Positions 37,945-49,930 of a stretch of 64,000 nucleotides of DNA are shown one piece after another. A program made the translations under genes and the position numbers. This stretch comes from Haliotis rubra. Taxonomy: Eukaryota. Below the pieces are notes generated by a model, which was not told the DNA's origin, searched no databases, and saw only the letters and a list, made by a program, of their open reading frames with translations. Each line of letters starts with the position of its first letter. Within the stretch, counting starts at the first letter, position 1. The stretch lies in NCBI RefSeq assembly GCF_003918875.1, contig NW_025767157.1, positions 1,178,001 to 1,242,000 of the forward strand, written 5' to 3'.

Positions 37945-38096
37945 ATGCCAAGGGTGACACGGAAAACACTGACTGATAGTCCAACCCCATCTCGGATGAG
38001 TCCACGGGCTACCACTAAGGCATCTACTACAAGTTCTCGAGCTCCACGATCCACTGCAGAGTCCCCAGCTCCTTCACCAAGCACATCAGGTTCTAG
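37945..38096 (+). CDS. CCR4/nocturnin/angel/PDE12-family EEP protein, coding exon 1
   Basis: Acceptor TTTGCAG|37937; MPRVTRKTLTDSPTPSR...; donor AG|GTGGGT (phase 2). Confidence 0.8.
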
Positions 38097-38131
38097 GTGG
38101 GTTGCACTATATAACCACTGTTCTAACTTGG

Positions 38132-38374
38132 GACTAGAAATCAACATGCTTAAAAATATTGCAATTACATTTTCAGACTAAGGGACATAATTTGAGGAGT
38201 TTCTGTCAGATATTTTGTATGTTTATCAGGGTTATGGTGTGTATTACATGACTGAGACTAGAAATCAACATACTTAAAAATATTGCAATTCCATTTTCAG
38301 ACTTAGGGACATAACTTGAGGAGTTTTTCTCCGATATTTTTTATGGTTATCAGGGTTATCATGTGTATTGCATG
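38132..38374. repeat. 124-bp intronic tandem duplication
   Basis: gactagaaatcaaca...gtattacatg occurs at 38132 and 38256. Confidence 0.85.
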
Positions 38375-38589
38375 TCCTACACATGTTCATATAAAAAATT
38401 GTTATTGAAGGTACCGTGTACATATAAGATACATCATGTGTAGATTTGCAGTTGGTGTTTGTTCATGTTTCTGGTTGAAACTTAAATCACTAACTGTCTT
38501 TTTTAATTGTTTCGGTTTACACTGTAGTGAACAATAGCATGGTGACCTGTGAATACTTGAGTCTGGGCCAGGCAAACCTGTGTTTGATA

Positions 38590-39104
38590 CAGTCTAAGTA
38601 AACTTAGGCTCAGTATTATTCGTTACACTGTTATACTGAGTCAAATTTAAGCGACCTATGACCGTCCAATCAAACACGAGACAGCTGAATGGATTTAACC
38701 AATCAGACAACAGCTACTATTTAGGGTTCGTCAGACGATGCAAGATGAAATTGACAATGCGCTCGCTTAGGGGTTTCTGATGACATAGTTACTATTGTCT
38801 TATATTCCACAAGATGACACCCTGGAATATTGACAAAAACTCTATTTTCAGCAACTGTTTACTCACTGTTGTGAATAATGGTGTCCTTCATGTATATCAC
38901 TCGGAAGCGATCGTGCGGAAAATAGCATTCTGAATCAATCGACTACAAACGTTTCAGTATGTGCGAATGTTAACTTTCGCGATTTGGTAAGCTGTGTTCT
39001 GATTGGTCAGTTCAAAAGGTTAGCTGACAACCTTCTACTAGGGTTTGTTAGACTCATTATAGCAGTGTAACGAATAAATACTGAGTCTAGGTTTACTTAG
39101 GCTG
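38590..39104. mobile_element. MITE with ~55-bp terminal inverted repeats
   Basis: Ends cagtctaagtaaacttaggctcagtattattcgttacactg... / ...cagtgtaacgaataaatactgagtctaggtttacttaggctg. Imperfect direct flanks gtgtttgata/gtgtttcatg. Confidence 0.85.
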
Positions 39105-39351
39105 GTGTTTCATGTTATGGTCAGTCTCAGAATGGATAATTCCAAACAGCCTAACTGTTGCTCATAACATCACTCACTTGTTTGTCTGATCTAGACTTGA
39201 ATATTGTCAGTCTATATTTATTGTTGGCCTGTTTGATTGTGGCATTAAACAACAAAGAAGGCAGTGAACGGTTCATTTGGAAAACAATGAAGAAGATCGT
39301 TTTAAGAACAGTGATCTGTACTTTCTTTAGAGTAATCTCCTAATATTTCAG

Positions 39352-39449
39352 GTCTCGATCAGCAAGAAGCAGAGGTGCAGAGAGTCGGTCAGAACCCGAA
39401 GTAGCTGATGTAGTGACGAAGCCAACAAGAGGACGTCAACAGAAACATG
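39352..39449 (+). CDS. EEP protein, coding exon 2
   Basis: Boundaries TTTCAG|...|GTAAG; encodes RSRSARSRGAESRSEPEVADVVTKPTRGRQQKH; phases 2/1 fit. Confidence 0.85.
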
Positions 39450-39989
39450 GTAAGAGCATGACTCACAGACACTGGCAAGTAAATAACACAAATAATACTC
39501 AAACTTAACTTGGAAAGATTTACTCAGCTGTAATTATATTCAGAAATGTTCATGGTGGTCCTGCTCTGAGGCTGCTGTACAACCCGGTATCTGCAGCAAC
39601 TGAGGGTACAAATTTGAATGAAAAATTTCAGTTCCTCAGATTGGACGAAAATTAGATACTTTGTCTGCTAACAGATGTTAGAGGCAAATCCTGGATAAAT
39701 CCCTGGTTGCTGATTAAAAGTCATACCTTACTGTCCAAGTTTGGTATCTTTACAGAGGAACTGTAAATATGTTTATCTCAATGGTTCTGTCTTCCATGAA
39801 ACTCTTAGACTGGTTCGTCTTGTGACATTTTTTGAGAACATGTTTTGATTACTGTTGTTTTTTTATGCTAAAATATGTCAGAGTTTCGTTTGATATTTCA
39901 ATGATACTGGCTCATTTGAATCTGCTGTTCAGGATTCTTAACTGGAAATTACATCAGTTGTACATCATCCTTCAATTTTTCTCATTCAG

Positions 39990-42317
39990 GTGAAGGAGAT
40001 GATAATGTCGTAGAGAAGGGTCGCAGTCGTAGCCGAGCCAAAGCTAAAGTTGAGGAAGAAACAGAAGAGGTTGCAGCTGAACCTGCACGAGCCAGTGGGC
40101 GGAGTCGAAGTCGAGGAAAACCTGTTGAACCAGAGGCTGAGACAAAAAAAGAGGCAGCTAATAATACCAGTAGTCGAAGTCGTGCTAAAGCAAAGGCAGA
40201 AGAAAGCAATAATGACAAACCTGTGGTGGAATCAGGAAGAGCTGGCAGAAGTAGAGTGAAAGCACCTGCAAAGACACCAGATGAAAAACCGGCAGAAACT
40301 GGGCGAGGCAGTAGAAGCAGGTCCAGCAATAATGAAAAGGCTGAAGAGTCTACTCCAACAAATAGTAGAAGCAGGAAAAGTGCTAAACAAGTTGACAACA
40401 CCCCTGAGGAAGTTGCAGAGACAAGCCAACCAAAGAGCAGAAGCCGAAGCAGAGGTAAAGCTGCCGAAACTAAGTCTCCAGAAGCTGAGGTTGACACAGG
40501 CAGAAGGAGCCGAAGTAGGGGCAAGCCTGTTGAGAGTCCAGTCAGTGAATCTGTCGGATCAAGTAGATCGTCCAGTAGGAGTCGAACTCCTAAGCCTGCT
40601 GCGGAAGATGTTGTTGAACCAGCAGTGGAGGAAGACAAGGGCAGGGGCAAATCTCAGGCTAATGGGAGCACCAGAGGCAGCAGCAGGAGAAGGTCTTCGG
40701 GCAAGGTTGAAGATCCAGGTCCAGCTGATGACACAGAGATGACTCCTCCAGGGAGACGCAGTGGAAGAAAGCAAGCAAAACCAGAAGCTAATCAGACTAG
40801 TCCTACAAAGAGACGACAGAGTGGGAGGAAGAGTAGCACTCCAGATAATGACAGCGAGATGCCAATGGATCAAACTGACAAACAAGCTGTGGTTCAGTTG
40901 ACAAAACTGAGAGATGAGGAAGTAGAAGCAGAAAGGAAGTCTCCTGTCAAAGCTGCTGAGGAAGAAGCCACAGATAAGGAAACTGTGGACGAGGAAGCTA
41001 GCAACGATGAAGTTGTTCAAGATGCCAAGGAAGAAACTGTAACAAAAGAAAAAGAAGAAGTCAAAACTGTCGCAGAGGAAATTAAGTCTACAGAGGATAA
41101 AGTACCAGATGAGCCAATGGAAGAGGAGACAGTTAAGCCAGAAGCAAAGGATGAAACAGAAATAACTAAACCTGAAGAAAATGAGGAAAAACCTGTTGAA
41201 TCAGAAGAAAAAGTAACAGCTGTCATTAAGGAGGCTGAAGCTACTGAAGAGACGCTCCCCATCGCTGAGGACAAGGAGTCTGATAAAGTAGATGGTGCTT
41301 CAGCAGCAGCTGAACTTACCAGCCAGAAGACAACACTTCAAGACACTGAACCAGAACCAGCAGAGACTGACAAGTCTCAAATATCTGAGGATATCGTTGA
41401 AGGAAAGGATGAGAGGGAAGTTGAAAGCATTGTTGAGAAAATGGAAACAGATGAAGTGGAAGAAACTCCAGCAAAGAAAGAGTCAGCACCGTGCAATGGC
41501 ACTTTGTCAATCCCAGAAGTCCCAGCAGACCCCGAACAAAGTCAGGAAAAACAAAACATTACAGTTTCTCATGGTCAGAAAAGAAAGTTAGAGCATGATG
41601 AATCCTTTGAAGAAAACGAGAGCAAACGTGTGTGTGTAGAGAGCCCAGTTACACAAGATACTGAAGCTGGTGACATGGAGGTCTCGCAACCTGATGATGA
41701 TAAAGCAAATGAGGAAATTGAGTCCCGTACATCACAGCAGCCTATCATTGAACCAATATCTGATGTGTCCAGTGCAGAAGAAGAACCAACACCTGCTCCA
41801 ATCACTTCCAGCCAAGAGCCTGTTCAAGCAGAAAAAACATACAGCCTCCTGTTGAAAAGAGCACAGAGCCACCTGCACCAGAGCGTGAAGTACCTCTGAT
41901 TGAGATAAGCAAAGAGCCGTCAGTTGAGATAAGTAAAGAGCCATCAGTTGAGATAAGCAAAGAGCCTTCAGTTGAGATAAGCAAAGAGCCTTCAGTTGAG
42001 ATAAGCAAAGAGCCATCAGTTGAGATAAGCAAAGAGCCTTCAGTTGAGATTAGCAAAGAGCCTTCAGTTGAGATGGGGGAAGTGTCTCCAGCTGAGACAG
42101 GTGAGGAACCTTCAGTTGAGATAAGCAAAGAGCCTGCTGTTGAGATAAGCAAAGAGCCCGTTTCAGAAGCATCAAATCAAGAACCTTCTCAAGGGGAGGC
42201 AAAAGAAGAGCAGGATTTGACATCTAGCTATGTTATCATCAGCATGGATGGTGTACCCCAGCTGACAGTGCACTGGTGAAGGAGGCCCTTCCTAATCACA
42301 CGAACCAAACAGAAGAA
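39990..42317 (+). CDS. EEP protein, coding exon 3 (large low-complexity RS-rich/acidic exon; two apparent 1-nt homopolymer indels)
   Basis: In frame with ORF 40223-41899. Adding one A near 41835 and one C near 42257 restores the frame through ORF 42073 to the donor GAA|GTAAGT (phase 0). Confidence 0.82.
41898..42160 (+). repeat. 24-bp coding tandem repeat (VEISKEPS)
   Basis: gttgagataagcaaagagccttca, about 9 units with one interruption. Confidence 0.9.
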
Positions 42318-43100
42318 GTAAGTAATATGACTTTTTTCTGAATTGTCGCTGATATATTAGTCTTAACATAGGATTTATACATTCGATGAAATCTGTGTAT
42401 CTTGAAAATGACATGAATGTCAGGTGAGAGAAAGTGGGGACTTATTAAGTTATCAATTAATATTTTATGGAGATCATGTCATAAGATAATGAAGAGTCAG
42501 GATAGACGGACACAATGCTTGAAGCATGGTTCTCCATTTTCTCACATCACAATAGTGTTGCTAACACTAAAGCACCAGTAAAGGCCTTCCCCTCACCAAG
42601 TGGTTCTGATGTTGAATCTACTAACTAGGAGTATAGTGGATGAGGTGGTCAAGCTCAGTGATTGCATATTATCTTACCTAGATTAAATGGATTGTTGCTC
42701 ATGACACATACCTGGTGTTTTGACTTGTGCATTTTGTGAAAAAGTGGTTTCTGCAGTCAGATTTCAAACCACCTTTGTGTTCATTGAGTTGCTTCCCTTT
42801 GGTTTGAATAGCAACAGGGGAAAAGAACCATCTTTAACATTGGTGGCATTACTTTATTGATTTCTGCCTCACTGATTAAGAATAATTATCAAACTTCAAG
42901 TTTAGAGTCAATTTGATACTATTGCTGTTCTAAGGGGCAAATCTATATCACTAAAGGTTAATTAAAGATTAATTACACTGTAATCATGAAGATGTTTAAA
43001 ATGTTGACTTGTTCTTGAAGTATGCAATGGGATAATGGTGAGCCCATTATCCAATTACATCTGATTTGCTGTTCATGACATGATTTCTTGTTTCCTGCAG

Positions 43101-43636
43101 AAAGTCCCGGAAGGTAGATCAGAAGAGAGTATGGAGGTGGATGGGGCTCCGACTGCCCCCGAACAACCAAAAGTTACTGCCCCAACAGTTCCATCAGTAA
43201 CGTCTGATATTACAAATGGCACATCTCAGAAAGATTCCCAGCCTGACTCTCATCCATCAGCAGATTCCACACCAGTCTCATCTCTGCCCATTGATAATTC
43301 TAAGGAGTTGACCAAATCAGAACCAGTTATTCCTAAGCCTGTTCGTACCTTTGATCCTAGTCCAGACATTTTCCACCGAACTTGTGTATGTAACCCAAAC
43401 ATTGACTTAAGTTCTGTGGCCAGTTCCCACAAGTTCAGTGTTGCAAGCTACAACATTCTAGCTGAGTGCCATCAGCTCAACGGCGACTACAGCTACACCG
43501 AAGACAAGTATCTTGTGCAGGAGTATCGCCATTCGCTGCTGCTGCGAGAACTAAACTTCTTGGATGCGGACATCGTGTGTTTACAGGAAGTCAATCCGCA
43601 GTACTACAACACTATTTTACTACCTGCTCTTCGTCA
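43101..43636 (+). CDS. EEP protein, coding exon 4 (start of catalytic domain)
   Basis: Motifs FSVASYNILAE and DADIVCLQEV; canonical splice sites. Confidence 0.93.
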
Positions 43637-43794
43637 GTAAGTCATGATTTTTGTTGAATTAGTAATCAGAAGTTTAACAGAAAATTGTTTGATAAACTAT
43701 TGTAAATGTTACTTGTCATAGAAAGCAGATGTTTGTCTGTTCATGTTTTCTTAAAAGCTGGTTGATGTTGTCACTTGCTTGTCATATCACAACT

Positions 43795-44285
43795 CAGAGG
43801 CCCAGATAAGCTACGTATCCGGGTATAATACTCATGTAAAATTTCCAATTACGCGTTGAAAATAATTGTTGCGTACCAATTACGCATTTAAAATGTTAGA
43901 TACGCAAAAAGTTTAAAACAAATGCGTACGGAATATATTTATAAAAATTGCTTGCGTAATGAGAAAGACATCGATTGCTATCAAGTTGTACTGTTAGTAT
44001 AGGACAAGTGTTGTACTGTCAGTATAGGATGAGTGATTTCTTATAAAATCATGTCCATTATATATAAGTTGGTTTTGATTAGGTATGACATAAGGCAGAA
44101 CATACCTGCTTAGTAAACTTACTCAATGACATAATACTTAGGTGAGTAAAATGACTGAAATACGCACATATTTGAAAGCAGTGGGTAACGGAAAATGAAA
44201 TACCCACTCAACATTCATAATACCCACTCCCAAAAAATACAGTGGGTACAGTACCCACGTGAGCTAAATCTTATCTGGAGCTCTG
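43795..44285. mobile_element. Non-autonomous DNA element (CAG..CTG termini, 6-bp TSD), copy 1
   Basis: TIR cagaggcccagataag / cttatctggagctctg; TSD acaact at 43789-43794 and 44286-44291. Confidence 0.88.
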
Positions 44286-44710
44286 ACAACTGACTGTGTG
44301 CACTTAGTTACCATGGCCTTGACTCTCATTGAAAATCATGACCACTTAGAATTATTTCCCAATCACTGGTTGCAAGAGGAGGCCAAATGTTTTGGTTGGT
44401 TTGGCTCATGCTCAGTGTGTTGGTTCATTTGATGTCATCCTTCCCTGGCAGCGTGGATAGGTGCTCGCAGTATCAATCAGTGGATTGTCTAATCCTGATT
44501 TGATCGTTTACAGGAATATTACGGAGTTCTGTTGTAACAAGAACAAACAAATCTGGTGCAAGATAGATCCCATCATGCTGAGTGTCATATCTTGATATCT
44601 ATCTAGCCTCATGAAATGGTGTATCATCTGTGTCGTGGATTATCTGTGTGTAGCACGTTCCTTTATTGTCATTGTTGTGTATGATCATCTGTGTGTGTGT
44701 GTTTTTCTAG

Positions 44711-44843
44711 GAGTGGTTATGAGGGCAGATTTATGAAGCGAACAAAGGAGTCATTTGATGAAGGGGAGGCAACTTTTGTCAAGACAAACCGCTTCAGTAT
44801 AGAGTCAAGTAAAGGAGTCTCCCTGGCAGAGCTGTCCAAAAAG
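44711..44843 (+). CDS. EEP protein, coding exon 5
   Basis: Encodes SGYEGRFMKRTKESFDEGEATFVKTNRF...; boundaries TTTTCTAG| and |GTAATA. Not in the ORF track. Confidence 0.9.
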
Positions 44844-45154
44844 GTAATAAGTCATGGTAATTAAACTCCCTCATGGGAACTGTTGGTAGAGTTGGTCCCC
44901 AGGAGCCTATGCTTGGTGCTGCCAGGTGGCATATTGGTCGGGATGGTGAATCAAGGTGACTGAATTTAATAATGCTAATACTTCTGTGATTAGCTTGAAT
45001 GGTTTAGACTCAATTATTTCCAGGCCACAGTGATACAGGTGGAATATTGCAGCAAACAAATAGAAATCAAACAAAGTGTCCATGTATAATGACTGTGAAC
45101 TGGGGACTTACATCATCATGGCATATATTTGAACAGTGATTTCTACTGCATAAA

Positions 45155-45320
45155 GGGGCGGTGGGGTAGCCTAGTGGGTAAAGCATTCGCTCGTCACGCC
45201 GAAGGCCCGGGTTCGATTCCCCACATGGGTAAAATGTGTGAAGCCCATTTCTGGTGTCCCCCGTCGTGAAATTTCTGGAATATTGCTAAAAGCAGTGTAA
45301 AATCAAACTCACTCACTCAC
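45155..45320 (+). mobile_element. Full-length, young SINE family A copy
   Basis: Perfect 13-bp TSD tctactgcataaa at 45142-45154 and 45321-45333; intact A and B boxes. Confidence 0.95.
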
Positions 45321-45435
45321 TCTACTGCATAAAATTACATTATTTGCATATCTGAGTATTTCAAGTCTTACTGGTTACTTTGATGTGTTTATGCATATTT
45401 CTTACAATGTCTGATACATCTCTTGTAACATTTTC

Positions 45436-45525
45436 TGCTTGTCGTAAGAGGCGACTAACGAGATCAGGTGGTCATATAGCTGTAATGTTGCTGAGTGTGG
45501 TGTAACACTTAACTCTATCAATCAA
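45436..45525 (+). mobile_element. Internally deleted family B copy
   Basis: gcttgtcgtaagaggcgactaacg...ggtca is joined to tatagctg...tgctgagtgtggtgtaa. Confidence 0.7.
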
Positions 45526-45554
45526 TGTAACATTTCCATGCTGTCATGTTCCAG

Positions 45555-45731
45555 AACATCAATGAGAGTCTGAACAAGGAGGTACAGCAAGCTGTGGAGG
45601 AGTATTTAGACCGAGCTGATGTTGTCCACATTAGTCGACTGCGATGTAAACAGACAAACAAAGTCGTCACTATTGGAAATATTCACGTTGTTTGGGATAA
45701 CCTTAGCAGTCCAGATGTCCAGAGTATTCAG
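45555..45731 (+). CDS. EEP protein, coding exon 6
   Basis: Encodes VTIGNIHVVWD...PDVQSIQ; phase 0/0. Confidence 0.92.
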
Positions 45732-46173
45732 GTTTGTGTTGTTTAATGATTGTTTGAATATTTGTAGTTCCATTTAGCTCAGTTTTTGTGAAGTTGAATA
45801 TAATAGATTTGCTGCAATCAGTCTGGTATACTGTACAACAAAGTTTAAAAGCAACATGTCTTTAATGGATTAGAACAATCATCTCGGGTATTGAAATTCG
45901 CTGTGCAGAGTTGTGTCCCTTGGACTTCCCATAAACCATTGTTGATGGACACACTCACTCAAATCCTGGATTATGTTGATATATGTGTTAGCACCGTAAA
46001 CATGTTTGTGGGTTTCACCAAAGTGATAAGTGTCTGAGACTATCTTGATGTCCAGCTTTCCTTTCACATTAAGTTGACTCACAATAACTGGGATAAAGCA
46101 CTGAAAACCCTTCTCATGTATGCAGTTTTTGTTCTTCACAGTGATGTTCAAGCAGGATACTATTGTGTTACAG

Positions 46174-46359
46174 ATAGCTTCAGCCGTGAAGGAGCTGGTG
46201 AGTCAGGCTGGTAGTGACAGCAGCCCCCACTTACTGTGTGGAGACTTCAACTCCCCAGCCACAAGTGTGGGCTACCAGTTGGCCCGAGACGGATATCTCT
46301 CCGACTCCAACATCGCCTCCTTACAGGCTGTAGACAACCTGAAGCTGGAAACTGGATCT
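46174..46359 (+). CDS. EEP protein, coding exon 7
   Basis: Catalytic motif PHLLCGDFNSP; boundaries TTACAG| and |GTGAGT. Confidence 0.93.
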
Positions 46360-46867
46360 GTGAGTACAAAATATCACTGGATTGTCTGGTCCAAACTGGA
46401 TTATTTACAGGCCACCTTGATGTAACTGGAGTGCTGCTGACACCCAACATTAACAGAGCCATTCCTACCAGTTAACACAAACTGTCCTTAGCATTTATAC
46501 AAAATATTACAATAACAGGGTTTTTTTGCCAGATGGATGTGTATTGTTTCTGTACTCATAGTTGATTATTGCTTACTTATTTTATTATTATACGATATTT
46601 ATATAGCGCACATATCCAGGCAACTAGTGCTTGCTGGTATTTTTTTCCTCTATCATTGGATGTCAGTCTCAACAGCACATCGTGTTATCAATCTCAACTC
46701 CCTGGGGAGTATGCGGTTTTGTCAGTGAGAGCCCATTATACCAGTTCAATTGCTTACCCAAGGGTGTTATGTTTTGTGGTGTTGTAAGAACCCCTATTTC
46801 GAAATTAAATCATGTTTACCGTGTTCGCAGAAAGATACAATGATGGTTGACTGTTTTTTGTTTTCAG

Positions 46868-46945
46868 AAAGCTTTGATCAATCACTTGTGGGGAGCCTTC
46901 CAACACACCTCCTCCAATCTGACCAGTGCATACAACACATGTCAG
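46868..46945 (+). CDS. EEP protein, coding exon 8
   Basis: Encodes KALINHLWGAFQHTSSNLTSAYNTCQ (LxSAY motif); strong acceptor. Confidence 0.9.
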
Positions 46946-47331
46946 GTACAGTACCAACATGGAAAACTTTAGCATGGACGTTGTTCAAACTTTGATGCAT
47001 ATAACTAAGGTCAGGCACATTCAGAATGAACTTTTAGGTATGTTTAGTGAAAGCTCTTTACGGAAGTGTTCTGATGTTTGTTTTGACAAAATTTCACTTA
47101 ATTGTATAACAGAAGAGAATCTTTGTGAGTGATTTTACACAGACTTTCTAGGTAGAACTATGCTTTTCAGAAGTGGTGACCAAATCACTTGTTTGGTTCA
47201 TCAAGATGCAGGTATTACATGCTTCCATCATACTTCTTGAATATTCTTGCGACATTTAACAACAAACGTTATCACTTGTATGCTCTGTGTGTCACCATGT
47301 GTGTGACTTCTGGCACAAATTTATGTGTGTC

Positions 47332-47777
47332 CAGAGGCCCAAATAAGCTGCGTATCCGGGTAAAATATGCATAGAAAATTTCCAATTACGCATTGAAAAA
47401 TAATTGTTGCATACCAATTACGCATTTAAAATGTTAGATACATAAAAAGTTTAAAATAATTGTGTACGGAATATAATGACAAAGACATTGATTGCTATCA
47501 AGTTGTACTGTTAGTATAGGATGAGTGATTTTTTATGAAATCATTTCCATTATATTTAACTTGGTTTAGATTAGGTATGACATAAGGCAGAACATACCTG
47601 CTTAGTAAACTTACTCAATGACATAATACTTAGGTGAGTAAAATGACTGAAATATGCACATATTTGAAAGCAGTGGGTAACGGAAAATGAAATACCCGTT
47701 GAACATTCATAATACTCACTCCAAACAATTACAGTGGATACAGTACCCATGTGAGCTAAATCTTATCTGGAGCTGTG
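47332..47777. mobile_element. Non-autonomous DNA element, copy 2 (same family as 43795-44285)
   Basis: Near-identical body with internal deletions; TSD tgtgtc at 47326-47331 and 47778-47783. Confidence 0.88.
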
Positions 47778-47840
47778 TGTGTCAATAGTCACAGTTCTGA
47801 TCACATGTCCATGTTTAATGCAAAGGCTGGTATGTTTCAG

Positions 47841-48041
47841 GGTGGGGAACCAGAGTTTACAACATACACAAGCAACATGCTGGAAGGAGTGGACTACATT
47901 TTCTATGGCAGCGAGGGACTGGGTGTGGCCGACATCCTCAGGGTCGTGGACAGCGAAGTTTTGGAGGAGACTGGTGGAATACCCAACAAGGACTTGCCAT
48001 CAGACCATCTCTCACTCAAGTCAACCCTCTATTTTAAATAG
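47841..48041 (+). CDS. EEP protein, last coding exon
   Basis: Encodes EPEFTTYT...VDYIFY...PSDHLSL, then stop TAG. Confidence 0.94.
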   Translation, partial: GGEPEFTTYTSNMLEGVDYIFYGSEGLGVADILRVVDSEVLEETGGIPNKDLPSDHLSLKSTLYFK

Positions 48042-49542
48042 GTAACACTACCTGTTTTGGCATTTTCTCAGACTTGTTTGTTTCATAGTAACCTTAGAAT
48101 CATCTGCCTTTTGCAGACTCCATTACCATGTGCAAATAGTCTCCATCAGCCATTCTTGAAAGAGAAATCTGGGCTTAGGCAAAATCAAAGGGCTGATACT
48201 ATCCATGCATGACTGTATAAGTGCAATAGTTATGAATGTGATGTTAATCCCACATTTGTCCTAACCATCACTGAACACTTTATCTTCATGAGTCTTCCTT
48301 CAAATTTGGAGATGGTTAACGTGACCATGACTGTTATTGAGTAGAAGGATCCTAGCCTGACAATCTTTAGCTATGAACAGATAGTAACCAGGAGTTGTTT
48401 CTGTTTCAGGTACAGGCAATACTGAGTCCACCTACATCACTGAATCAGCTACACCCTGGCTTCCTCTCAGAAAGGACTACATTGTCTATGAAGACAGGGA
48501 TCAGATTATCTATATTTTCTGGAATAATGAATTGTTTACCAATGAAATATCCAGCCCGTGGTAAAACTGTCATGTCCACTTTTATGTGTAACTATAATAC
48601 AACTGAGCTTCCCTGAACAAGCTGGATGGGTTAGTGGTGAGCTTGTGTCAAGAATTCATTATATTAGCATTCAGTATTTCCTTACCCCGGTTCGAACACG
48701 GTATCCATTAGGGCAGAACCTACCGATCTATCGAGCAGCTAGTTGAATTGGAAAATGATCTAGTCCAAAACGATGTAACAATTAAGCATGACATTAAATA
48801 TCAATGTCCTTAGTTTGGACTTGCTCTTTGTAGACAGTATACTGTTTCAAGTTTAATGTTCCCAGTTTGTCATTATTGTTAGTTGTTACATGAGCAACCT
48901 GAAAAGTAATTAGCTGTATTTCTGGACTTGTTAATTTGTTATTTTTTTTAGATTTTTTGTTGTAAGGTTACGATCAATACAATCGTGATACATCACCGTT
49001 CAGGTGTAACAACTGTAGGGGGTGTTCATGTTTGATTAATAACGCAGTGTTTTGTTAGATGTTGACATTGTGATGTGAATGTAGCCGGAATTAACGAATG
49101 GACCAAACAGCGTATCTGAAGCAGATATGACAGTATATGAAGCTGCTCTCCTGCCTGGCTGGGATGTAACAGTACGGACCTGTAATTGATGCTTAAATTA
49201 CAATATGGACGTGTTCAGCTTTGTAAATACTGCAAATTATTAGTGCTTTGCAAATGTAAGTCATGTTAATTGTGACTCCCTATTGCACTAGAGAGATACT
49301 AGGGTGTGTTAGGTTACAGAGACTATTTGAGATACTCTTGTACCAATACAATCATTGTCCTACTATTGTTGCAGTATAAACAGAACTTGGCTATTACATG
49401 TACTTTGTGTGTAGCTGTCACCCCATGGTTGGCTTATCAAGTACTGTCAGGAAATGATCGTATGACCCTGTTATGTTTAAATATGGTTTTGTATTGTATT
49501 GCACCACCCTTAAGTTGTTACACCTGTGGTTTCTGTGACAAC

Positions 49543-49930
49543 CTGTAGTCTGTATGCCAGGATGCTCTCAGTACTGACTGTAGTCTGTATGCCAGGAATG
49601 CTCTCAGTACTGACTGTAGTCTGTATGCCAGGATGCTCTCAGTACTGACTGTAGTCTGTATGCCAGGATGCTCTCAGTACTGACTGTAATTTATTTGCCC
49701 AGCAGATGATCACACTGCAAGGTATAGTCTGTACCCCCAGCAGGTGCTCCAAGTACAAACTATTAACAATTCTCAGCAGATGATCGCACTACAAACTATA
49801 TAGTCTGTATGCCAGCAGATGTTCTCAGTACAAATTATATATTGTATACCCACCACAGGTGCTGTCAGAATGAACTTTAGTCTGTACACAGAGCATGTTC
49901 TGTCAGAACAAACTATAGTCTGTACACCGG
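49543..49930. repeat. 35-bp tandem repeat (4 good units, then degenerate)
   Basis: Unit ctgtagtctgtatgccaggatgctctcagtactga. Confidence 0.85.

Noticed and set aside
41830-41845. Programmed ribosomal frameshift
   Set aside because: No stimulatory structure is evident, and a second homopolymer indel nearby points to sequencing error.
39982-42152. Minus-strand ORFs of 222, 153 and 116 aa
   Set aside because: They are antisense shadows of the purine-rich low-complexity exon.
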